A stretch of 64,000 nt of DNA from contig CM060733.1 of the NCBI GenBank assembly GCA_030704615.1, positions 12,214,001-12,278,000 on the forward strand, in the 5' to 3' direction. The translations under genes were made by a program, and so were the position numbers. The notes below the pieces were generated by a model, which saw only the letters and a program-made list of their open reading frames with translations, made no database searches and was not told the DNA's origin. Every line of letters begins with the position of its first letter. Positions within the stretch are counted from its first letter, which is position 1. The DNA is from Takakia lepidozioides (taxonomy: Eukaryota; Plantae; Bryophyta). Shown piece by piece: positions 12,167 through 24,564 of this stretch.

Positions 12167-12802
12167 AATTTACATTTATGTCCCCGTGCACAAATGACAA
12201 ATGAAGGGCCAATCATTGTTGCAAGAAAGCCCACTTTGCTATTTTTCGCGAGTTTCCAATGACCAAAAGTACTTGAAAATTCATATCTCCCACACCGCAA
12301 GTCCCAAAATTATGAGACCAAGCCGGTGCACCCCTCCTTATTGAGGGCTTTCCAATGGTACCAAACACCAGGGCTGGGGCCATGCGGTTTGGGAGATCTC
12401 AATGATGACACAAAACACAACAAACTGTCTTTCTTCTATATTACTGTTAATCATTACAGTTGCATCAAGAATTGTGGAGTAGCCTAGTGGTATGGAGGTA
12501 CTCGTGGTGTGAAGGTGGTCAGTTCAAATTTGTGCAGGGAAATACATGCATTTTCGAAGTTTTCGAAAAACTCAAAATTGCATAGTGATTTGAACCCACT
12601 ATGGGTGTCATGACATTGCTAATCCATACCACTACGTTACCTTCTTAATCATGATAATAGTTTGTTGTAGACTTATATTTAAGGTATTGTTTACCCCCCT
12701 ATGTATGTATAATGTTGTACATGGGGGGGTTAAAAATACCCCCTCTTGTGCACGCACGTGGATGGTACAGGTTGGCAGGGGTGCCCCCCCCCCCCCCCCG
12801 AG
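11722..12802. mobile_element. Non-autonomous DNA transposon (MULE/hAT-like) inserted in the family-B protease
   Basis: Ends CCTGGGGGGTGCAC...GTGCCCCCC(n)GAG, flanked by duplicated GGAAAGAC (11714-11721 and 12803-12810). The protease frame ICISGKT/VLLTC rejoins on removal. Internal ~100-bp direct repeats near 11994 and 12301. Confidence 0.75.
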
Positions 12803-14571
12803 GGAAAGACTGTCTTGCTTACCTGCCTTTGTAGCCAATCCCGATAACAGAACCATTCGCCAGAGTTGGTTTAGATCTTGTCGGACCCCTTAAATCCACG
12901 TCCAATGGCCATGCATTCATTGCTGTGACGAAATGGGTTGAGCTCCGACCTCTGGTTGCTAAGGATAGTGATAAGGTCGTACAGTTCTTTTTTGATAAGG
13001 TGATCCTTCGCCATGGTTGTCCTCTTGAGATCCTCACGGATCAAGGTACAAAATTCTATAACCAACTCATGGAGATTGTCTTGTTTAATCCCAACACTAA
13101 GCATGCAGTCACTGCCCCCTATAACCCCCAATGCAATGGTTTGACAGAACGCTTTAACAAAATTATGTGTCAGATGTTAGAGAAGAATGGTTCTCTCATC
13201 GATGAATGGGATATTGTCATGCCTATTCTGCTATTTACTTATATGACTTCTATTCACGCCAGTACCAAGATTTTCCATTTTGAGCTTTTGTATGGTAGGA
13301 AGTGTAGGACTCATTTGCAACCTGGCTGCAGGTATCAGCTACTGAACCCGAGAATTGGGAAAAATTCTTACTCTCTATGGATACTAAGCGTCGTCATTTG
13401 CGTGAAACAGCTAAATCTAACATTGTCTTTGTTCAGGCATCTCAGGCTAAACATTACAACCGTCGAATTGTGTATTCTGAGTCCTTCAAAGTAGGGTAGT
13501 CGGTCTGTGTAAGGCGTTAGCCTGGTAAGCAGGTGTCTAAAACTAAACGAGGGATTGATGGACCTTATCTAATTTCTGAGATAATTCCCGACAGGCAATA
13601 TGTGTTGCTTCCACAACATGCCTCCATTCCTCACTTAGCTAGTTCTATTCATGTTTCGTTGCTTGTTCCATGCACTCTTGATTTTGATCTAACGTGTTTG
13701 AATGTCGAGAACGGCCAGGTGATCTTCACCCCTACAACTTGCTCAGCTCGTGCTCAGACCATTGCTTCTCCTATTCTAGAGTAGTTTTGCATTCCGTGAT
13801 AGTTTTCTGCACCATGTGTAGCAATTGGGGTTTTTCCTAGGGGATGGTTTTCTTGTTTAGGCTAGATCTTTCTTCGTTCCTCCGGTGATCTTAGCTCGCA
13901 GGAACTCACAGCTTAAAGTGGCCCCGACATGCTTCACATATGTGAAGATGGGATTCCCCCTCATCTATTTTTTGCCTTAGATGAATGGAGGGAGGATGAG
14001 CGCAAGATGTAAAAAGGATGGACGGAGTTAGGATGTAGTCTGGATGAACTTCTACCTAATGCATGAGGATGAGCTAGAAGCAGCTTACGGCTTTATTATA
14101 TGTTGTCTTATTCTAACATCTAGTTTAGGATTAGATTAGGATGAAACTTTAACTGGATGATGTGGCTTCTTTCTATGGTCAGGCTGGAACGACATCTGGC
14201 TGGCATGTGTGTAAGTGCCACGCGGCACAAAGATTAGATTATGACCTAATGCTATTTAAGCTACACTGCCATGGCAATGAGGGTGGTGGTTTTGCTCTAA
14301 TGTTTGTACGAATACGGAGTGACGGCGTGTTCAAGTGCTGGCATGAACACTGTGTGGATGTTTGATTATGTCGTGTCCCCTGCGTGAGATTCCGTCTTCT
14401 CTACCTGGTCCCGTCTACTGACTACATTCCCCTGATAAAGCTGAACCCCGTAGAGGAGGGAGAATAAACCATAGTGTCAGAATCGTGCTTCATAGCCCAA
14501 ACCTCTTAATTACTTATTTATTTCTTATATCCCTAAAAATAGGATTGAGGAATACTCATCCTGAACTTATG

Positions 14572-15148
14572 ATGTCACTCCCCTCTCATCGTGTCACTCC
14601 CCCTCCTATTGTGTCACTCCACCTCTTAGGATGTCACTCCTCTTATGGTGTCACTCGTCCTCTTAGGGTGTCAATCCATCTCTTAGGATGTCGCTCCTCC
14701 TCCTCTTATGGTGTCACTCCACCTCTTAGGATGCCACTCCTCTTATGGTGTCACTCGTCCTCTTAGGGTGTTACTCCATCTCTTAGGATGTCGCTCCTCC
14801 TCTTATTGTGTCACTTCACCTCTTAGGATGCCACTCCTCTTATGGTGTCACTCGTCCTCTTAGGGTGTCACTCCACCGGGCTCCTCCTGTTATGGTGTCA
14901 CTCCACCTCTTAGGGTGTCACTCCTCTTCTTATGGTGTCACTCCTCCTCTTAGGGTGTCACTCCTCTTCTTATGGTGTCACTCCTCCTCTTAGGGTGTCA
15001 CTCCTCTTCTTATGGTGTCACTCCTCCTCTTAGGGTGTCACTCCTCTTCTTATGGTGTCACTCCTCCTCTTATGGTGTCACTCCTCCTCGTAGGGTGTCA
15101 CTTCACCTCTTAGGATGTCACTCCTCCTCTTATCGTGTCACTCCACCT
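14572..15148. repeat. 20-bp minisatellite (consensus ~CTCCTCCTCTTA(G/T)GGTGTCA), roughly 28-29 units
   Basis: Head-to-tail units without spacers; alternating variants give a 40-bp higher-order period at 14900-15060. Confidence 0.95.
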
Positions 15149-15578
15149 CGGCCATTTATTTTCATAATTTCTTCTAGATTTCAATTTTTCTATCTATTTC
15201 TGTACATTTTGAAAACTATTTTTGCAGCGTTAATCTCCAATTGCAGTAAAAGCTGGAAAGTTTTGGGCATTTTGTTGTGCAGAGAAGGCTCAAGAATATG
15301 GATTTTGGAGAGCCCCTCCTTCTCCTTAGGTCTACTACTTGTGAATTGGTTGGGGGGGAATGCTTGCCTTCAGGGCTTTTGGGAAGGTTATTTTTTCTTT
15401 TGCATTTTGATTCGTGGGAACGGCCTCTGTCCCCTTTTATATACTGGTATACCGTACTTACCTAGCTTATTAGGCACTTCCGCGCCTAATAATTAATAAA
15501 AATGGAATATTATTAGGCAGATTCATTTTTATTATTTAGGCACCTCACCTAGGTAATTTCCAAACATTAGGCATGTAT

Positions 15579-15794
15579 TACAATCGACCCTAGATAAATG
15601 TTACCTGCTTTTGTATTATGTCACCCTTAATGTTATGAAATCTTTGCTTTGTAAAAATTTACACTTGAAAATGGCATGACTAGAGCGTTATTTGATATGT
15701 GTTATGAAAATATGGCTCTCCTCTCCATAGTTGTTAGATCTTATGCTGAGCCTTAATATAGTTGGTTTGACAAAACATTCATCCACTCTTATCA
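15579..15794 (+). mobile_element. Truncated left part of the Tc1/pogo-like MITE also found at 46396-46965
   Basis: tacaatcgaccctagataaatgttacctgc...catccactcttatca aligns with 46394-46616. Confidence 0.75.
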
Positions 15795-16109
15795 AGGATC
15801 TACGGTTCTTATCCAAAGGCACCACGTCTATAACAAAATAACATCACGAACAATTGTTCTTAACCTCCCTCAAAAAGGTAATTTTTTTCTTAGAAAACAT
15901 AATGGTTTTGAAAATAGATATTACCTCAACAATAGTTTTTGAGAGACGTCAAAAACCATTGTTGAGGTAATTTTCTTTTAAGGATGATGTTCCTGATCTT
16001 AACAATCTCTCAGATTCAGAAGATTCACATGAGATAGGTGATGAGACTTATGCGGATGTAGTTGCATCAATACAGGGCCATTTGGAAGTTGTGTGGACAT
16101 GAACCCAAT

Positions 16110-17077
16110 AGATGCGGGCAAATCTGGCTCTCGGCCAAAGAGAAGGAAATAAGACGAGAATGAGGCAAGTGTTGCTTGCTTGCTGAACCTGTAGCCCATG
16201 GCTAACCAGGGTAGCTGAAGGTCCCAATCTCCAAGGTGTCCCTTCAGTAAGCCATACTTGCGCAAACCCCTCTTAACCGTTTGCACAACCCTCTCTGCCA
16301 AGTCATCGGCCTCAGGATGATCCCGAGAATGGTGCGGTGGTCTATCAAGGCCTTGTCACATAACGCCTGAAACTGATCCAAGAATGCATACGTAGCTCCC
16401 TCACTAGCTTTATCAAGCAATGGAACCAACTCGATCCACTTGGAGAAGTGCTCCACCATTACCAATACGTACTTGTTGTGGCGCATGGTCAGTGACAACG
16501 GTCCTGCAAAGTCAAGACTCCATCTGTAGCCCAATCCCATGATCGGAAGAGGGTGCAATTATGGTGTAGGGCCGTTGAATGAAGCACGCATCCTATCACA
16601 CACCATGCACCTAGCCACAAATTGTTGCATTTCTATGTGCATACCACGCCACCAATATTGCCCCTGCAGTAGACTATGAGTGCGTCGCACCCCAAAATGC
16701 CCCAACTCCTCATGGGTATGCCGCACTAACCGTGCCCGTTGTGTTGGGTGAGGCACAATCCTCACTTGACCATCCTCCCACACTCGGAGCAGGTATGTCC
16801 CCTCCCACTTGAACCTCTTGGCTCGTTGTAGGATCCGATCCCTCTCCTTGGCAGTCACAGTGGCTGCCGTGTCTCCAGTGCGGAGATAGTCCAACGCAGC
16901 TGAATCCTCATGTATATCTTTGGTGCCATCTTGCTCATTGCTGGCCACAGGGTCCTCAGACACTTGGTCTACAGTCATCCATGTTGTAGATCCAACCAGG
17001 CCTTCTGCTGCCAAGATACACAGAAATGCAGATGCATGCCATCCGGGCACCATCTCCTCGTCCATCCACCATGTCAC
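16110..17077 (-). pseudogene. Integrase (HHCC zinc finger + rve core) of the DNMT-gypsy element
   Basis: HTHEELGHFGVRRT...CMVC; RWSLDFAGPL; AERVVQTVKRGL; LLFGREP. Internal deletion and stops; truncated after DLPASI. Confidence 0.9.
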
Positions 17078-17097
17078 TGAGCTCCAGTGTCATCCTG

Positions 17098-18446
17098 CTA
17101 GCTCGTGCATGGATTGTGACTCAACCCATCCGCATCCCGATTGACCAAACCCGGTCGATGCACAACCTGAAAGTCATACTCTTGAAGTATGAGTGCCCAC
17201 CGTGCAAGCTTCCCTGTAAGCTTGTGTGACTCCATCAACCACTTGAGTGGCTTGTGATCCGTGACAAGGGTGAAGAGATTGCCGTATAGATAGCACCTGA
17301 AGTGTGCCACGGCCAACACTGCAGCTAAGCACTCTCCCTCATATGAGCTATACTTAGCCTCTGCAGCGTTGTTCGAGCGGCTAGCATAAACCACTACGAA
17401 CTCTCTTCCCTCATCATCCACTTGTGTGAGCACCGCTCCAAGCCCCAGCATGCTCCAATCTGTATGCAGTTGAAAAGGACGCCCGCTGATAGGTCGTCTC
17501 AAGATGGGCGCCGAGCTCAACCTCGCCTTGAGCTCTTGAAAATTAAAGCTCGTTCTTGCTCATCTTCCCACTGCCACTCCTGATCAACCTTGGTCAGCTT
17601 GGTTAGCGCCTTTGCAATGGCACTAAATCCCTTGACAAACCGTCTATATTAGTTTGCCAACCCCATGAAAGCTCGAACTCGGCTCACATCCGTGGGGCGT
17701 GGAATCTGAGCAATGGCCTCTACCTTAGTCTGTTGTACCCCCAATCCTCCAGGATATATCACGTGACCCAGATACTCAATCTGGTTGTGGAAAAACTTGC
17801 ACTTCCCCGGATGTAACTTCAATCCGTGCGCCCTCAAGCCCTCAAATACCACCTGAAGGTGTCTCTCATGCTTCTCCACCGTAGCACTAAAGATGATGAT
17901 GTCATCTATGTAGCACCGAGCAAACTCCACCCCTGCTAGAATCTTGTCCATGACTCTCTGAAACTCTGCAGGAGCGTTCTTAAGCCCAAATGGTAAGAAC
18001 CGCCACTGGTATAGGCAATCCTTCCCGTGCTCATTGATTCGCAACTAGTGATATCCGGATCGTAAATCCAAAATGCTAAAGACCTTGGCATGCCCAATGG
18101 CATCAAAGATCTCCTTTTGTGTTGGCATGGCATACCTATCAGATTTGGTCTGACGATTTATAGGCCGGTAATCACCGCACATACGTCTCTCCGTCCAATT
18201 GCCATAGATATCCTTCTTGGCTGGCATCACTGTGGCTGAAGCATACTCTCCACCAGATAGCTCTACCAAACCAGCCTCCCAGAGGTCCTGAGTCCTCATT
18301 TGAATCAAGGACCTCTCCATGTCACTGTATCTATAGGGTCTCCGAAAGATTGGCGTATCAGTGGCCAATTCAATGCGAATCTCTTGACCCTTCAGTACTC
18401 CCAAGTCCTTCAAACTGAAGGCAAAGCAGTTCCTGTAAGCCCTCAA
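17098..18446 (-). pseudogene. Reverse transcriptase and RNase H of the DNMT-gypsy element
   Basis: RMCGDYRPIN, FSILDLRSGYH*, LPFGLKNAPAEFQR, CYIDDIIIFS, EYLGH; RNase H FQLHTDWS...EGECLA...VTDHKPL. Confidence 0.95.
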
Positions 18447-18869
18447 GAACCGCCGTATACGTCGTCTCTCTTCTCCGGTGACTATGGGTCCAACATCAGG
18501 CTCCCAGTTGTCCTTCGTGACTGCAACCTTGAGTCCAACAGACCTAGAGGTAGAAGACGCGTCCCGTGGTTGCTATGCTGCAATCTCTTGAGCAGTGACC
18601 ACTACCTGCTCTGTCAGTGATAATGCCTCATCCTGCCTTATCATCTCATCCTTGAAGACCTCCTCAACCCGAGAAAAATCCCCAACCTCATCCATCACTG
18701 CCGCCTGGCTGCCAACTCCCTCTGAACCTCGAGCACCTCCCACGTGTGCCATGGATGCGACCTGCACCTCGTGGTCCTCACCTGTTCGTCCCCACTCGCT
18801 GCCTGTACCGTCTCGGTAGGCAGAGAGACCATCAAGGGAAGTGTACTCTGTACTCTGCGCTACTCAGCC

Positions 18870-19820
18870 ATAGCCAAGCTGATAATCCAGGTCAAGCAAT
18901 TGAGATCCATTGCTTGCCCCAACACCTGACGACGTGATGCCTCAGAAAGAGATGGCACCACCGTAGTACCAGTGGTAAAACCCATCGCCCGCTTGCGCTC
19001 GTCAGCATTGGGCTCCACTAACTCCTGCAACTGGCTATCCCACAAGAGGCCAGGTCCACCATCCCGGAAAGCATGAGATCCTGGAAAGCTGAGCAGTGTA
19101 GGCAATGTTGCTCGTGGGTGACCTACCTTATTGATCACTGCCAAAGGTGACCGGTCATCGTGTCTCACACGCTGAGACGGGTTTTTTTAATGTCAAAAAT
19201 GCTATCCACCGTGAGGTTTGGTGGCCGCTGCACCCCATCAAATGCACGCTTAAGCAGTGCAGGTGGGGTCCACCATAGTCGTGGGCGATGAGCCCGTGAC
19301 CCCACTGCAGCTGTATCCAGCAACACTGCTAGCCCAAGCCAAGACCATACTTGATGCATACTGGCCATCACCTTGGCCCGAGAATCACCCATCAATGGCA
19401 CATTCTCCAAGATATATGCCGGAGAGTTTGTCTGCTGAAGTTGTAAATAACGCAAGACCCTTAACATCTCCCAAAACAGGCGTGACCTTGAGTCTTGTAA
19501 CCCATTGCCATGCCCGGCTGATGAATGCCCTTGGCAGGGCCAACCTGCCACTACCAAGTGAATAAGGCCAACCCGCTCCAAATCATGCGCCCCCAGCAAA
19601 GAGATGTCTGCTGGCAAGGCTTGTTGGTATCCACGAACTGCAGACACTGGCAACAAATCAGGGTACTGCTGCACAAACTGAGCAACATGGCGCAGTGAGA
19701 CGCGTCATGCAATCTCATCCCTCTCCACATACAAGTAATGTCGAACTCGTACACCTGCCTGCAGCACTGCAGCCAATCCAGTGCTGATCCCGCCAAACAA
19801 GTCCAGAAGGCATATACCTT
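18870..19820 (-). pseudogene. C5 DNA cytosine methyltransferase domain (DNMT3-like) embedded in gypsy pol
   Basis: Motif I LDLFGGISTG, II YVERD, IV AGWPCQGHS (catalytic Cys codon 19536-19534), GLQDSRSRLFWE, VI ILENV, VIII AHRPRLWW, IX-X ERKRAMGF...RRQVLGQAMD, in canonical order. One in-frame TGA (19707-19705) and a frameshift near 19190. Confidence 0.92.
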
Positions 19821-20279
19821 CATCCGGGCACTGCCATACAAGAGGTATGGTGTCTAGTGGCAACAACTGAGGTGGTCCTGGTGCAATCACCGCACTCTCC
19901 TCCTCTCCTGACGGTACAAATGTCTCTATCCAGGCTTGTTGCACCCGTCTATCAGCAGCCTGCTGCAAATCCTTGCTCGTACCCCACAATGGAGTATGAG
20001 CAACCATGGCAGGCAACTCTGTCGTACCATGCATATCATTCTGTTCTGCTAGAGGTGACACATCCTCTACGTGGGCATTGCCCTCCAGCAACTCTCCAGG
20101 CCAACTAACTGCAGCTGTGAAGGCTGCTAGTGTTGACATCTTGCCCCGCTGGGCGGCAGCAACACCCCCAATGAATATCACAGGCAGCTGTACACGACGA
20201 CCATCCCCTGACTGCCATCCAGGCCTGTAGGATGCTGACTCCTCCAAAAAATCTAGGGTGAAGCCCATGGAATATAACA

Positions 20280-20600
20280 CTGCCCACCAACAAGGACATC
20301 GTAAGAGACCGTTTCTATCACAATGGCCTTGGCTCATATCACTGAGCCATCTATAGGATGATCCGGCTGTAGTCTAATGGCCAACTCACGCCGTATCATG
20401 CCCCGAGCCTGCTCTGATCCTCCTAGAGATGTCAGTATCTGAAAAGAACAAGGCTCCATATCCGTCTCCATGAGGCCCAAACCCGCAATAGCAGCTCTGC
20501 CCAACATCAGTGGCTGAGCTCCCGAGTCTAACAAGACCCGCAGTGGCCGGTATCTCTTGCCTGCCGGTCCACTCAAAGCGAAAATATCATCGTGGTTGTC
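20280..20600 (-). pseudogene. Retropepsin (aspartic protease) of the DNMT-gypsy element
   Basis: RVLLDSGAQPLMLG...YDVLVGG (DSG catalytic motif and the C-terminal DxLxG motif). Confidence 0.85.
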
Positions 20601-21049
20601 TAACAAGACAACTCCAGGTGTCATCATGGCTCGCTCAAAAGCTGGCCTAGCTGGCACCTCCATCAACCTAGCAGCTGCAGCTTGCCATGGCGCAGCTGTG
20701 GCAGTCATGACCCTCAAATCCGAGGATCCCTCTACTACTACACCTTCTTCTAACTCCGTAGAAGATGAAGTGACCTCCCCACTGTCACAGAGTGTTGCTG
20801 CTAGTCTGAACACTGTAGCTGGTCTTATCCCCGACGTCGCAATCATGGTTGTCGAGAACTGTGGGGCCTGACACACAGAGATGGCCGCCCCCAACAACAT
20901 ACTGGCTGCACTAACCTTGGCAGCAGGTGTTAATGCTGCACGTGTAGCTCTCCCCAATGGCACAATAACCTCCGCCTCGGTATCCGTGGGGCGAGAATTA
21001 GGTGCCATGGATGTCGTCGACACTGTCTCCGCCAAGATGAATGATTAAG

Positions 21050-22760
21050 GCAACCTAGCCTGACGGCTTGCCTCCCCACGCTATGGATCCAACTCCACCT
21101 CTGCACCTCGTGGCTCAGGAACTCGTGTTGTTCCTCGAGTGACGGCTGCAACAGACGCCACCTACACTAGTGGTAGTGCTGCCCCACACATAAATCTCAT
21201 GCCTCCCAAGTCTCCTCCAGGATGACATTGCTGAGGAGGAACAGGAGGTGGACCCTCAGGTCTTGGAGCTGGTACCACCTAACCTGTGGCCATGGCAGCA
21301 AGCCTTTGCTCTAGCTATTGAAGCCGGTTGGCCATGCCTTGGTCAACACCCTGACCTCCACGTCCTTGGCCATAATGTGCTTGCCCGTATGGACAGAGAA
21401 GCTGCGAAATTTGCAAGACTTCCAGCGCAAATTCAGTGAGAGCTTGCGAGAAACCTACACTCGTATGAGGCGCTTGATAAGTGTGACCCAAGGGGTTACT
21501 GAAGCTTAGGCAGTCCAGTTCTGGTATGGAATTTTGGACTAAGGAGCTCAGGAGAAGGGTGTGGGATGCAACCCTGTTACAAGCGGCCCAACCCACATTA
21601 GCAGATGTATTTCTGCTGGCTGAGCGGATTGAGCTCAACATGGTGGAGGAGCAAGTTGTTACCATTGGATTTGGCAAGGACATGCCTGCACGAGACACAA
21701 CTGCCAGCCAAAAAGCACAAGGGATTACCCAACAGCGTGGTCAGGGGGGCAAGGTTGCCCAACCCAAATTCCATGGAGCTTACAGGGGACCTCAGGTGCA
21801 GATGCCAGTAGCTTCTTTTGCAGGCCAATAGCAACCGGGGGTGGTATGTTGGACATGTGGAGGACCCCATGTCAAGAAAGATTGCCCAGAAAGTGACAAA
21901 GGGTCGGCACAAGCACAACCTGCACAGTTGCAGTGTGGGCATTGTGGCAAGTATGGGCATGGAGATGCCCAGTGTTATAACTTGCACCCTGAGTTGCGGC
22001 GAGGCCAGTTCCAAGGGAACAATGGGTGGCCAAGGGCGAGGTGGAACACCTCAGAGAGGATGAGGTGGTCAGGCACGAGGTGTAGTTCTTCCGCAACTCC
22101 TGGAAGAACTCCACCACCGGGTTGAATCTAGGCACATGTGTTGTAGTCGTGGCAGGAGGAATGGTAACACCTTTAGAACTGGTACCACCTGCAGAAGTAC
22201 CGGCACTACTTGTTCCACTACTAATGTTGGCAGTGGGAGATATTGGTGCTAATGCAACTACTGGTCACGTTGTGCCTCAAGTAATGGAGACGTAGTCAGG
22301 TGACCAATACATCCTCCACTCCTCAATCTCTGCTTCATGTCCTCGTCTGAACTCGTGGTATTCGTCCAGGCGGGCCTTCCAAATGCTGGAACAGTCCCTT
22401 CCACGCCATGAATGGGGTGAACAGCTGTGGATTGCGCATCTGCTGCAAATCACACCAGCTGTCGAACTCCTGGATAAAGTCATCCAGCTCCATTGTGCCC
22501 ACAGCTCCAAAGTACCTACGAGGCCCCTTGGTAGCTCCATACATCTCCTCCATGTCGTCCCACAACAATGGCGAAGGAAACTGCACACCTGTTGATGAAG
22601 CCTCCGAGTCTGTGTCAGACTCTGCACTAGTTGAGGATGGAGGTAAAGGTGGTCTGAACCGAACACCTCGTCTTGTAAACCCACTCTCACTGCTACTGCC
22701 TGTAGCCGTACTCCCCTCAAAACCCTTGGGTAACTCCATGATGACACTCACAACCCGCAC
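21050..22760 (-). pseudogene. gag of the DNMT-gypsy element with two CCHC zinc knuckles; central 21387-22081 segment inverted onto the + strand
   Basis: Minus strand LDDFIQEFDSWCD...PRFNPVVEFFQELRKNY; continues on + from 21387 as TEKLRNLQDFQRK...CWTCGGPHVKKDC...CGHCGKYGHGDAQC; returns to minus at 21386 as GQAHYGQGRGG. Confidence 0.85.
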
Positions 22761-24564
22761 CTACCCGACGTGACACTATAAGGCTCTAGTATTAGTTCTA
22801 ATAGTAGCACGGGTGGGCACCTGTTGCGGTTTAAGGGTCATATCCCAGTGGCTAAGGACACCTGCACCTGCATCCACCGCAAGAACTCCTATGGTTGGCT
22901 GGTCATCAACCCAGCCTCACCATAGAAGAAACACTAGTGGTCTTGCTGGTCATCACTCCAGCCTCGCCACCGACATCATACTCTAGGATTGACCGGTGAT
23001 CAAATCCGGTCTAACCCCTACAAAACCAACATGATGTACAGTCAAGCATGCAGGTGTGGGAGGGATCCAAACACAAGAAATCAAAACATCAACACCCCCA
23101 CACCAAAATCCCTCCGCAGTGCTGCTCCTGCAGAATACCCCAGCCCAAAAACCCGGACTGACTCTTGCCTCCACCTATGGAAAGGTTTTGGCATACCGAG
23201 AGGGTGGAACGTTATGGGGAGGAGAGACTAAAGCAATTCCTAACCCCAGCATGCCCTCATCCCAACATTCACCATTTCCTATGTAGCCATACACTAATGT
23301 CAAAGAGCGACATGTGTGTTACAAACAGACATCCCTGACTTGACACAGCTTCTTCAATAAACCTCAAATAGATGTGGGGAAGATCTAATTTAAATTAGAA
23401 AAAATCTATAGATTTTTTTGTCAGGTCCAAAAAACTAAAACCACGCTATCCCCCCAAAAACTACGTCAAACGGAGCTCTTTTGACAAAGATATGACCAAC
23501 CAAAGTTTATCTAATCCCATAAACATACTATTTGTCCATTTAATCGACAATAGGCCTGATTTGATTTGATTTTCCTTTCTCCTTTCTCTCAAACGGTTTT
23601 GTGGGATCAACAACTATCGAAAACCAAAGCCACACTAACGATGGAGGCATTAAGGCAGGTGGGGCCACTGCTCACAAATCGTATAATACTGAAGGCCAAC
23701 GATTGACTTCAAGAATTCTATCCCAGTTCACAACCCTGATCAGAGCCAATGTTTTCAAATAACCTCTTTTCCTCGAGGTCGATATAGCCACAGAGTTCAA
23801 TTGCGGAGCTGTTGGGGACAGGATCCATGGAATAATTATATCAGTGATATTATCCACATCCTTGTGCCCTCCGTTCCCTGCAGGTTCCCGAGTTCTATGT
23901 GCCTTCTAGATCATGAATATCAATGTCCAAAACACTGGCATGGGTGCAAATGAAACATGAATTGCATTGCAGGCTTGGGAATTTTGTTGTGCAACTGTAC
24001 AATATGGAAATAAGTCAGAGCGACTTGCCTTCGCTATTCGGTTTCCACCTCACGGTGTTGTCCACGCCAGCCACTACCAATTCCTGATAATCACAACCTG
24101 AAGGGCAACTCTGCAAGGCTTTCGTGAGAAAGTGGCATATCCCATGCAAGCAGTACAACATCCGACAGTGCCCCAACACCTACCAAGGGTCACTGGGGTG
24201 GCAGCCACGCTAATTTTCCTCCAATCCTTGTGTACAGGTTCCCTCTTGGCTAAGCCGACTTGACCTCAATGTCTTAGTCCACGATCTTGCATGTGTAGAG
24301 GAATCGAGTAGGGAAGCATTGACGAGTGTGAGTGCCAGCCGCTTGTGCATGAGCCCTGCAGAGGATATCACTTGTACCGCTCCAGTAAGGGAGGGGCCCT
24401 ACTACGATTCAGGCACTTTTATTTTTGAAGATGTGAACCATCGTAGAGATTCCGATCAGTAGAAATTCCTAGCATGAGAGTCTGCTGGGCAGAATGGTAT
24501 ATATTCTCGAGGCTGCTCCAAGACCTAACGGTACAACTATGACTATTGTTCATATCGTCACATG

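Larger units (their letters stand above)
8606..14494 (+). mobile_element. Non-autonomous Ty3/gypsy element (family B): two LTRs, tRNA-Ala PBS, extra 5' ORF, gag, protease, integrase; RT/RNase H deleted
   Basis: Direct repeats 8606-9121 and 13941-14494 (TGTGAAG...CTTCATA). PBS TGGTGGAGATGCGGG at 9122-9136. Gag relics 10188-11380; protease CVIDTGCTMSAI near 11553; integrase RVGLDLVGP / EILTDQGTKF / PQCNGLTERFN at 12860-13320. Protease jumps to integrase near 12825. Confidence 0.88.
16110..22770 (-). mobile_element. Ty3/gypsy retrotransposon with domain order gag-PR-DNMT-RT-RH-INT; decayed, 3'-truncated
   Basis: Collinear minus-strand segments: gag (22760 onward), protease RVLLDSGAQ (~20530), methyltransferase (19820-18870), RT (18446-17649; LDLRSGYH, PFGLKNAP, YIDD), RNase H (LHTDWSMLGLGAVL, TDHKPL), integrase (HEELGHFG...CMVC, WSLDFAGP). 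Confidence 0.93.

Noticed and set aside
14572-15148. CRISPR-like array
   Set aside because: Units are contiguous with no unique spacers, no cas genes are present, and the context is eukaryotic; it is a minisatellite.
18870-19820. Bacterial restriction-modification methylase, or host DRM/CMT/MET1 gene
   Set aside because: It is intronless and continuous with retroelement PR and RT. There is no endonuclease partner, no BAH/chromo/UBA domains, and the motif order is not DRM-permuted.
22770-23350. 5' LTR and PBS of the DNMT-gypsy element
   Set aside because: Plausible location, but there is no second LTR to compare and no convincing tRNA-complementary PBS, so boundaries were not called.
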